A stretch of DNA of 64,000 bases from Podarcis erhardii (taxonomy: Eukaryota), in NCBI GenBank assembly GCA_964252035.1, contig OZ176202.1; one strand, 5' to 3'. Positions 49,147 to 61,100 of the stretch are shown piece by piece; positions within the stretch are counted from its first letter, which is position 1; every line of letters begins with the position of its first letter. The position numbers and the translations under genes are program-made. Under the pieces are notes generated by a model. It searched no databases. It was not told the DNA's origin and was given only the letters and a program-made list of their open reading frames with translations.

Positions 49147-52100
49147 TCCACATCACACATTTGAATGCACACTGCTTCTTCCAAAGAATCCTGGGAACTG
49201 CAATTTACCCCTCACAGATCTATAATTCCCAGCACCTTTAACAAACTGCAGCTGGAACTTTATTTTAATAAAGTAACTTTAATATGCATCTTATGGACAA
49301 ATATGCTCTTATGCACAAAAGGACTACCTCTACAAATGCAAAAACTAGCGCATTTTCTGTCATCTTCATCTGTTGTTTTGCATGATCTAAGCGGATACCA
49401 AGTTCTTCCCACTTTTCCTTCAATGGTGAGCCTAACAACAACAAAAAAGGCAAGCTATAGTAAACGTAGGATAAGATGAAAACATTCAAGTTCATGAAAC
49501 CACGTAATAGAATTTGTCATAGTGCAAAATAACTCTGAATATAACATAAGCCGCTCTGAAGAGAATAGTCCAGTTATTCCAACAATTACCTTTAGACCAG
49601 TGATTTTATGCAATTTAAATCCTACTAGTAGAACAGGGACATTAAAATGAATGAACTGAATGAGTTGGAATTCATTGGACTGAGTAATATTTGAGGTCAA
49701 GTAATGCTCCGGTCATTTGTAATGCATATGCAATCACCTCCTCTGTTTAAACAAAGGAATGCTTACAAATCTGTTATTTTTATTGAACACATCTGGATTC
49801 AGCCTTAGAAGGCTAGTTACTTAAACTGTATCTCTTTCCACTTCAGAGCAGTATTTTATTTTTATCTTTATTTATTTATTAAATTTCTGTACTGCCTGTC
49901 AACTGAGGACCACAGGATAGTTTACAATATGAAAACACAAAAATACGAAACATAGTAACAAACAAAACAATAACCTTCCCCCCTTTCACCTTCCCCTTTA
50001 AAATGCAGTCAAGCTTATATTATTATTATTATTAGGCTGGGATAAAGTTTGTACAACTTTAACAAGACCTTCACCTCTTCAGTCAAAGATGATGTGTGAG
50101 AATGTTAAATTATTTCTGTCCTTTTATCTGACTGTTCATTAAATAGTTCAGGAAAGCTTAACTGTGACTCCCAAGCATCTCCCACCCAAGTCACTGATCA
50201 GATCCACACCCACTAAGCTTCAGGAATGATATTGGATCATGTATCAGAAAATGCTATTTTATACTGCAGAAAAATTGCTTTTTCCCCTCCACTGTTGATC
50301 TCTCCATATTTGAATTCTAGGGAAAAATCACACCTAGTACAGTGGTACCTCTGGTTATGAACTTAATTCGTTCCAGAGATCCGTTCTTAACCTGAAACCG
50401 TTCTTAACCTGAGGTACCACTTTAGCTAATGGGGCTCCCGCCGCCACGCGATTTCTGTTCTCATCCTGAGGTAAAGTTCTCAACCCGAAGTACTACTTGC
50501 GGGTTAGCGGAGTCTGTAACCCAAAGTGTTTGTAACCCGAGGTACACTGTATCTCCCTTGCCAAATGCACACTGAAGCACAGTCCACCCAACTTTAAGAA
50601 TGCAAGTTCCTCTTGTTTTATTTATTTGATTTCTACCCTGCCCGTCCTCAAACAGAGACCCATTTTAAGAACTTGGAAGTCTTACCATTTTCTTTAGCTT
50701 CCTTATTAATGGCAGATTTGTGTACATGCTGCATCAGCTTGAGAAGATCATGCCAGCGCTTCTGTCTGTAACATGTCTGGATGTGCCCCAAGAAAGTCTG
50801 GTTTTGTTTCCTGGAAAACGTCTGTGCAAAAAGCTCCTCAAAAGACTCTCGCAAGGGCAACCAAATCAGTTTGTTATCCACCGGCTTATAGCTGTAAATT
50901 GGACAAACAGTAATGTGTTAACTAAAAACTCCGGCAGCGACATGTGGCAAGATCAGGCTCAGTACAATCGGACAAGGTGAAAATCAAACTAGCCTCAGCG
51001 GATCTGATAACAGATAAAAGGTGAATCTGGTGGCCCCTGCACACCATTACTAAACAGATGACTTGAACATGTTGAAAATTAGAGACCGGCTGAAACATAT
51101 AAGAGAACTTACCCTTTTTTTCCAGGTATACAAAATGTCAAAAATTTCATCCCACAGCTACATGGCACTGCTCATTCCAACATCTCTCCCTGCCCCAAGA
51201 CCGAACATTCCCTTTTCCTTGTTCTACTTCCTTGTACTTGTCATTACCCCATCCATGGAATCCCACACCCCATTTCATGTTGCTCTATGTACTTTTCTTT
51301 TTGCCATATGGTTCTCTATTTTTGAATGCAGTAACTCTTATGAATGGGGTCCATGCACACTTCTACTAAATACAAGATCTGAAGTCACGAGTGGAAAAAA
51401 ATGATTTGTTGATGCAGTTGCCAACAGCAATTTGCAGAATTATTAGACACTCACCCCCCTAGGAGATCTGCAGTATCACTCTGCTGATTCATGTTGATAA
51501 CCCTCAAACGGTGCCCTTGAAGAAATAAAACACAGAAAAGACACTGAAGCATTTCTCAAACCTTTTCTAGAATCCTGGTCAAAGTCCCCGCATTATACTA
51601 CATTTTACCTGTAATGTGGGCCAGGTATTGAACAGTAGATGTTTTGCCTGTCCCCGTTTCACCCACCAACAACACAGGCTCTCCTTTGTCGACACACACA
51701 GCCAGCTGCTCAATTAATACGGATGATGGACGTGTGGGAGCAAAGGTCTGCTTTTTTCTGCCAATACATGAAAGGGTAAAATCTTCTGTTAGCAATACTC
51801 TAATGCTATGTGCTAAGCATCTCCAAGTGCATTTGATTCACTAATTCTACAAATATAATCTCTCTCTATTACCAGGTTTCAAAAAAACACCTCAATGAGA
51901 CATTAAAAATGCTGGCACGGAATTTTAAAGTTACAAGCACATTTTAAAAGTGCACTATTGTACATCAACCTGTAAGCCATCTGGTTGAAGGGTGGCTTAG
52001 TAATTTTAAAATATAAACAAACAAACAAACAAACGCATCAATACCTTTGCACAAGAAGCGCATGAATTTGCTTCCGTAAGAGCTGGACTCTTCCCACAGA

Positions 52101-55100
52101 GACCTCTTGCTCCCTTATTGCAATTTCTGGTTTGTAAAGTTGACAGTAGTATTCAGTCTAGAGTAAATAAATAAAGAGCATACATACTGAACTCAGCTTA
52201 CTAAAAAGAAACACATGATGTAGTCCTTTGCCATATGCAGTTGTGCAATACAGTGGTACCTCGGGTTAAGTACTTAATTCGTTCCGGAGGTGTGTTCTTA
52301 ACCTGAAACTGTTCTTATCCTGAAGCACCACTTTAGCTAATGGGGCCTCCTGCTGCTGCCGCGCCGCCTGAGTACGATTTCTGTTCTCATCCTGAAGCAA
52401 AGTTCTTAACCCGAGGTACTATTTCTGGGTTAGCGGAGTCTGTAACCTGAAGTGTATGTAACCCGAAGTACCACTGTACAACTGAAAGTTAAGACACAAG
52501 TCCAGTTTGCACATCACAGTAAGGCATAGTAAATAGTTTATTGTGAATGTGCCTTTCTGGGTTGTATGTCCCCCCCCCCCCATGATAGCAGGGAGCAGAC
52601 AGACCACAGTCCCTGCTTAGCATTATGTCCAAACCAGAGGCCATGATTTGCTTTGCTTCAAACCATGATCAGCAAATCAAGAACAACCTTAGCTACAGTA
52701 ATTTGCCGGGAACAAAACAAACTATGATCCCTCATTTGAATGTAACACTTGCTTCCTCCAAGTGTGAGTGGACAGGATTCGAATGACCAAGATCACCATG
52801 GTTACAGTGAACTATTAACTATGGTGATGTGAGAACAAGGCCTTTGGGCTGTATTCAGTTGTTACATGAACAGAAGTCAGCTCATGCAACCAAACTTTCT
52901 CTTTCACTCCTCCTACTCCTGCTGCTGCTCCCCCCTGCAGCCACTTTTCCCCTCCAAAGGGTTGGGTGCCTCAAATCAGGCAATGGAATCTTGCACCAGT
53001 GGCGATGTGCATGTGTGCATGATCCCTAAACCCAATTTCAGCCATGTTACATGTGGCTCTCTTCTTTCAGAAGAAAAACAAGAGTGGACACTATCCAGTT
53101 AGATCATTTAATTATTTCTTGGCAGTGAAGGAGACATGAAACTATTTTTTGCCTCCTTGACAAAAGGGGTATTTATTACACAATGCAGTATGTGTGCGAA
53201 CTCTTCCTTATGTCTACCTTATGCTTGGAAATGTTCAGTTGGCTTCCAATGATTTCTGCCATCTTCAGTCTACTTCCTTGCTTGGACAGCATAGCTGTGA
53301 AACAATCCAACGCCTGTCAAAGTAGAGTGGCAGGAGGGAGAGAGGGAGAGAGGGAGAGACAGAGACAGAGAGAGACAGAGAGAGAGAGAATTCAAGCTAA
53401 TTTAATATTTAATCAGAGGTTCTACTTTTCTTCCATACTTGAGTTCACTGTAGTCAAAATATACAACTGAGCTTCATGCAATGTATCGCTAGTTATGTCT
53501 CCATGAGGAAAACAAGAGGACGAGCCAATTCAGACATTTCAGCTCTCTTCATAATGGAATTCCTGGTGTAACAGCTGTGGGACCTGGCATGTCCCCAACG
53601 ACAGCTGCCTCTTCCTAGTGTGATTTATGCAACCATTCCTGTGAATCCCCCATTGTGAAGCAGCAGGTCTAGTTAGATCGACCCTCAAGGAAAATTTCCA
53701 ACACCAGAACCAGACCCTTGTTCATATTCCAAATGCAACCTGGTTTTTACATTTTAAGGAATAGGTCAACATCACTCTAAAAAACAAGGAACAGTTTGAC
53801 ACGTACCTCATGAAAAATATTCAGTGCAGTAGAGGAAGAAGAACTATCAAAGTTGTAAGCGATCCTGTTGCACCAATTCAGCAAGTCCCTAACACAAGAA
53901 AATAAGTGATGTGAAGCAGCTCAACAGTAGTCCTTCATTTAATTTTCCTCAGCTGCACACTGCTAAAAGTGCTAGTCTCGCTTCATTAATTGCATGGCTA
54001 TTTTTTTTAAGCGCCAACTCACCACATTTTCATTCAATTAATGCCTTCTCACTAGGAATTTCAATTAAGACCAGAGCAAATGGCCTCCAACACACTAGAG
54101 AGCAGTAGTCCAAAGATAATTTGCCTCCCCCAAACTCAAATATCCATCAGCTTAATTGCATATTAAAATACCTCAGAGATAACTCTCTGCCTTCTAAGCT
54201 CAGGCTTTTTTTGTTTTCGGTTAAGTGTGATGCGTCTTCCATTATGTTCTCATCGTCTGCGATATGGCTTTGTAATAGATGTTTATCACCAGTAAGCTCA
54301 ACATAAATCTCTAACAAGCGATCAATTACGACAGCAAGTTTAGGATACCTCCTCTGAAGAACCTGAAAAACAAAATAACATTAGCTAAAGTAAATATTTC
54401 ACAGTATTCCAAGGATTATATAACTCACTGAGTTTTGTCTAGACAGACAATGGTCTTAAAATCCAGAGATTTGATACATTTACAGTCTGCACAATTGCCT
54501 GGACTGGTCCCATGGGGTAGTGCCTACCATCAAATTTTACTTTGAAATTCTCTTAAAGGAAAATTTCTTTGCATGACAATTACACTGTAAAATACAGTAA
54601 TGCTCTTAAATTATCTTAGGCTTTATTTGCTAGATAGAAATGTCAGTCAGTAAGATGAACCCGGTGGACTGGGCAAATGGCCCATCTAGTCCAGGTTTTT
54701 CGTTCTCACTGTGGCCAACAAGATGCATATGGGAAACCTGCAGGCTATACTACGCTGAGGAAATGGCAATAACAATTTAAGATGATTTCATATGAAGTTA
54801 TAGCTGGACAGTCGGGTTAAGTCAATCCAGCAACGTCAATCTGTTTCTCTTGCAGAAGCACAAAGCAACAAGCATTCCATTATGGAATGGATACAAACTT
54901 CTTTCATGTCAAGGATTGTGTTTGGACATCATGCTAAACTATGGTTTGGTGAGATGTAAATGAGACTAACTCCCTCACAGTTTTTTGGCTCGGACAACAC
55001 AAGAAACTATGGTTAACCAAACACAGATGCTTCTAAACATCTCCTCACAGCCATGTGGGGAAAAGGCAATGGACACAGTTTCAACCTCTTCTACAAAAAT

Positions 55101-58100
55101 TAGGACTACTTTCACTTGTTTTTAAATGAAAACTCTTTGACATCAGTTCACAAAGTAAGAGTTCTCTTTCTGATACCATTTACCTCTCTGAGTTCAACTT
55201 TAGGCATATTATTCAGCTTAATTTTTGTCCAGTATTTATCTAGAAGAGCAGCATGGCTGTTTTGCTGTTTGTACCAACCACCACCATAACTGAAGAGTCT
55301 AGATTAAAAATCAAAGAACAAGTTAATTGAAGCATTAGAAGTATTATACTGCAGAACAGAGTAAGTTCAAGAGTTCTGTAAGGCTCCTTCACTGCAGATC
55401 TACAACCAGATAAGGGAATCAAAGTCCCAACATCATCAATACAAGAAACATGAATTCACCATCTACAATTGTCTAATTGTCATTCTTCCACTTTACAGTC
55501 TTTAAATAATGAAATGCTAAGTAATTGCTTATAGGGCAGCTGTATCCCGCAGGCTAAGCAAAACAACAACAAGCACGTTCTACGTGCAAAGCACTTCATA
55601 CATGTATAATGTCAATAAGCGTAAAGACAGGACAATATTATCTGCATATTACAGATTAAGGCCAAGTGATGATGGCTTCCCTATGGCTGCTTGGTAATTC
55701 CTCTTATCAAGCTTAGTTTTCACTTATATTCCAGGGGAAAGAGTTGTATTATGTTTCAAAATAATCTCACACTCCTAGCTATCATTTTCCAGGAGATAAG
55801 TTTCTATTTCTTAGTATGGAAAATTGCAAAAGAAATAGCAAAGGAGTGCCCACATACTTATAATTCAAAAATCATGTCACCTTTATATATGCACACAATT
55901 TAAAAACTGGATTCCCCCCCCCCATTCCTATATTTATGACTATTGTCTAGTCACTGCCAAAAGGATTCGTGTGCTAAGAGTTTTCCTTGTGTTAACAAAG
56001 CTACACAGTCTACCTTCTCGTTGCAAAAAGATGGAACCCAGGAGCTACTTTTATACAGTCACTTCGCCCAGGAATCAACAGTTCTCCGTTTTCCAGAAGA
56101 GGAATCAATACAGAAATCTAAGGAATAGAAAAAAACCACAGAATACAATTTCAATGACCAGAATGTAGAGCACCACAAGAAGAATCCCACTCATAGAACA
56201 GGACTTTCTCACCTTAACTCATTGAAGCCTTCCCAAAATTGCTTTGGGGCAGGGCATACATAGAATGTGGTGCTATAGCAGTAGAAAAAAAAATAAAAAA
56301 TCTAAGGAAGCTTCATTGCACAGTGGTGCCCTGCAAGACAAATGCCTCGCAAGACGAAAAACTCGCTAGACGAAAGAGTTTTCCGTCTTTTGAGGTGCTT
56401 CGCAAGACGAATTTCCCTATGGGCTTGCTTCGCAAGACGAAATGTCTTGCGAGTTCTTTCCCTTCCCCCCCTTTTTCTAAGCCGCTAATAGCCGCTAATA
56501 GCGCTAATCCACTAAGCCGCCAATAGCCGTGCTTCGCAAGACGAAAAAATCGCAAGACGAAGAGACTCGCGGAACAGATTAATTTCGTCTTGCGAGGCAC
56601 CACTGTAATGCCATGTTCTCATGCATGAGGCTATCTTGATGCCCCACCTTATATCAATGACAACAACCAAAAAGACTTAACAGCAGACAGTGCATGAAAC
56701 AATGTGTTTCACCTCTGCTGGTGACCAAATATGTTACAAGAAATGTTAGAAATCTCATTCCCAATAAGCAGCCTTTTACATATACATTCCAGTTCTAGAT
56801 TGTGGGAGGTGGGTGTATAAGAGAACCAGTGAATAGCAGATACAGGCAGGGTCCATTCAGTAGTTTGTAACAAGTGTCCCCAAAATCACTGCCCACGAAG
56901 AAGAAAATATACTGGGAATTGAGAACCATGATAACTTTTGGGGGAGAACTTTTGCTTTCTTTTATCCAGTGCCCTTAAGTTTCCTTTGCTTTGGTTACAA
57001 AATACATGACTTCCAAAAAAGATACCTGTGCCTCACCCAAGGTATTTATGGACTTCCTCTAGAAAGCAGAGCTACATACCACATCCAGAGGAGCATAATC
57101 AATATCCTCCAAGAGTATCCAGTGCCCTTTGCTGACTGCTTGGGTCAGGGTCCCAGGTTGCCACACAAACTCCCCTGGTACATCTGTACAACGATACATG
57201 CCCAGTAAGGTCTACAAAGAAGAAAAAGCAAGCAAGATTTTTAAATAATGTACATATAACTTTACAAAGTGTCTTCAAATATTTACCGAACAATAAGGTT
57301 TCTGAGGTTTGTATCTATTTCTATTTGCTTTCTTCCATACTAGGTATGCTACCAAATATAAATATTGCCAGATATAGCTTAAGCAGCTACGATAAGCTCA
57401 GTGGGAACAAGCACTGCCAAATCATTCTTGCTGTGCCCTCTCATAGTATGAGCAGGAGCAAAAATCATGAGTTTGGATTACTGTGGTGTTCGAGCCACTG
57501 AGATATCCCTCACCAAACAACCCATGACCTAAAGCAAAGCCCCAATAGTGGCTGCTTTAGGCATCCCAGTAATCTATAGTCTTGCTCATGTTTTACTAGG
57601 GGAGGAATGCAGCAGGAGGGATTTCTGAAGTGTGCACACTGCTAATTCCATAGTAAGACATGGTTTTTGGCTTATCGTTACATCTGAACGCAGCCAGTTT
57701 CTGCAAGGCAATTAACTTTGTAATAACAACTGCAAGTGAAAACTAAAATGCATTTTCCATTACCTTACTATCAGTCTGATCTCCTAGCTGGACTTTCAGA
57801 ATGTGAGGTGGTTTTATCCTTCCCGTAACGGCTGCCAAATATTCAACAAGATACGTTTTGCCACAACCTACTGGTCCTTCAAGTAACACTGCATTTTGTG
57901 AAGCTACAGCCATAGCAAGATTTTGAAGATTTGTGCAGGAAGATTTCACCAACACAAATTGGTTCAGGATGGTCTCCTGCTGAGAGAAGAGAAGACAATG
58001 CTTTCAACTTGATAATATTGGGTGCAAGTATTATGGAGAAACATGAAATACAAGTTACAAATTTGGAGTGACAGAAAGTAAGGTATTTTGCTCCAAGTAT

Positions 58101-61100
58101 TAAACACTATTGTCAGATCACAGTGATATCTCTGCCTAAGGATCTAGCAGATATTCTCACTGGTCAGAAAGGTACAAGGTGATTTTTACCAACACTCAGA
58201 ATCCTTCTGAAGCAGACTGTTTGGTAACAAAGAGAGCCGTATAGAAAAAACTGTCTTATCCCCTTCCCCTGGCATACTTCATACAGATAAATGAGGCCAT
58301 GATTTCTATGTTACTTAACATCCAAGCCTGTGGATATCAAAAAGGGAGAGAAAAACACACACACAGTGGCATGGATCAGGAATGGGACTGGAGATTTCAA
58401 AGGCGCTTGCTCTTAAAGTGTATTCCATCTATAAAGGGAAGGATACTATTTTGCAGAAACTTTTACACAAAACATGTTTGTTTTTGCCTTAAAACCGAAG
58501 GACAGGATTTTAATCAATGCTTAAATGCATCAAAGTAGCACTACGAAGAAATTTTGAGGGAAACAAAGGCCCAGGATTCCTCTCTTTTCAGAGGGAAATC
58601 TCCTAGAGCTGGGGTAGGCAAAAGGTAGATCAGGATCAGCACCAAAGAATTTAACTTACGTATCATCCTTTACTTACATTTTCTCCTGGTCCAAACTGTT
58701 GTCTAGGGAGCAGAACACCACATACTGCTACAACCTTTGCAGAGAGGTCAGCAGATACAAGTTCTCCCTGAGTGTACCGCAACTCCTCTTCTTTGTTCCA
58801 AAAGGTTGCGTCTGGATTGGCCAGGACAAGGGCACACTCAACATTCTGCATCCGTGATTCCTCCAGTAGCCTATCAGTCAAAAATGTGCATCTTTCAATG
58901 TTTTGAACAAATGGGAGACAAATCTACCATGTAAAATATTAACTGAAAACACACACACACAAAGACATCTTGGGGGGAAACTTACTTAAGTCTGAAATGT
59001 ATTAACTCTTCTGGATTAAATATCTTCTTCAGGAAGGATAACCGATGCTCATCATTCATGCACGTAACTAGTGCGAGACAACTGGCAGTATACCTAAGAA
59101 GCAAAGGTAGTTCAAGTACTGTTACATCTTAAGTCTATAGAACTAGGTTCCTTTCAGAGAAAAACAACAAAAGGCTATCCTGTCCCTTCAAATGGTCTCT
59201 GTTTGATCAATGGTCTTCAATAAATGATTTGGCCACTGATGCACAGGTCTATGTGCCAACTTAAAGTGGGCCACACCAATGGCACTACCACCATTTTCAT
59301 TCTGCTTTATGGTTATTGCATTTGTAAGAGAAGAGTGATGGAACAGGACAAAAAACAAAGAACTTGGATGTAGGTCTCACAATTTAGTGTGGGGTTAATG
59401 TCAGCCCCTGGGCCTGAAAATTAAGGAGTAGTAGTAGGTTCTAAGAAAATACACCCAATATGACCAAATCAATCTTTCTTCATATTTGACTCTGGCAATT
59501 TTAGCCTCAACCTCTTGCCAGAAACTGCTCTTCTTGTCAATAAGAGGTCTAATGTAGTCCAATAACCATACTGTAGGTTTCAAATCCAACTCAAATGTGG
59601 CCAAGTCATTCTCTGTCCTTATTGCTGTACCTTACTTTCCCCATGAGGTATTAGTAAGACAGAAATAAAATAGTCCCCACTACAACACACTGAAAGTGAC
59701 ATATAAAATTAAACGAAAATTAAACTTACCATCGAACTAAAGTATCATGACTCCTCAGTAAAGGGACACACACACTCCAGTCCCATAACTCTCTGAATAC
59801 AGCCTGCTCTTTTTGGAGGAATTTGTAGGCTGCCTCCATGAGATCCCTTAACTTCATTCGTCGTCGCCCATATCGAACCATATTTGTATCTGAGCTCTCC
59901 AGAAACAGTCTTTGGAACACTGGTGAAGTATCCTTAAAGTATCTCAAAGCAAATCTACATGAAATGAAGATGTTGAAAGCAAATGTAAATGTAGCTAGAA
60001 CAGCGAGGATTCGGCTCATCTGATGAAGCAGATGCTTACCTATTAAAGTCCTGACACAAATTAGACTGCTATCCTTTTCTGAACTTGGAAAGAAATCCCC
60101 CCCCCCAAAAGGTCCTAAGAAAAGTTATGGTCTTCTTTTCAGCAAATTGTGTTTGAATAAAAATAAAAATAATGGGGAAATTGAAATTCATCACCACTTT
60201 TTTCACTTCCTTAGTTTATCAGAGATTAAGGTCAGGCTGCCAGCTCTGTGTAGGGACAGCTGGTTGGAAGTAGTATTCTGGACTTGACACTCAAACAATA
60301 GCCTGAAGACACTTGATGTAGACCGAGCTCTGATCTCACTAGTAGCAAGATAGGAACAGTATGCATGTTACTCAAAACTCCTTGGATAAAAGTTTTACTT
60401 CTAATCTAATATGGGCATCTGTCAAGAGCAACTTTCACTTAAAACTCTCTCACCGAAGCAAATACACCCACACCCACACCCTTTATGTTAAAGAAGATGC
60501 AGGTCTAACTGCCATTCGATCTTTGTTTTCCTAAACTGAAGCTTGGGTTTCATCACCCTTATTGTCCAATCCTATGCATTTTTAGTCAAAGGTATGGCTC
60601 GCTTCCACGTAAATGTGCACCTAACAGCAGCTTTAGTTGCAATTCAGTAATTGCTGAATTGAGCATGTAATAGAATACAAGGCCTTGGTTTAAAACAATT
60701 AGCCAAGCAGATACCCTTGACATGTGATACAAAAGGTATGCACAATTGCAAATTCCTGCAGCACACCTCAAAAAGGGATATGGATTGTGGAAATTGGGCT
60801 CACTACTCATGACTGTATGAATGTAAATCCAACCTGAACTGGCTACCATGCTTGGCTAACATGTGCACCAACCCTCAGCTTGTCCACCAATCAATTTCCC
60901 ATGAAAGCAAAACTTAATCCCAGACATCTACTGACTTACGGCATCACATCTGGATGATCACCAATAAGTTTGCTCATTGCCACACAGAGTCTCTCATGAA
61001 GATCATGGTTGATCTGGCCACTGGATTTAATTATTTCTGCATTTCTTTCCATCAAATCAAGCAAGATTGGACGAAACTGACGGCCAATGAGGAGTGTGCA

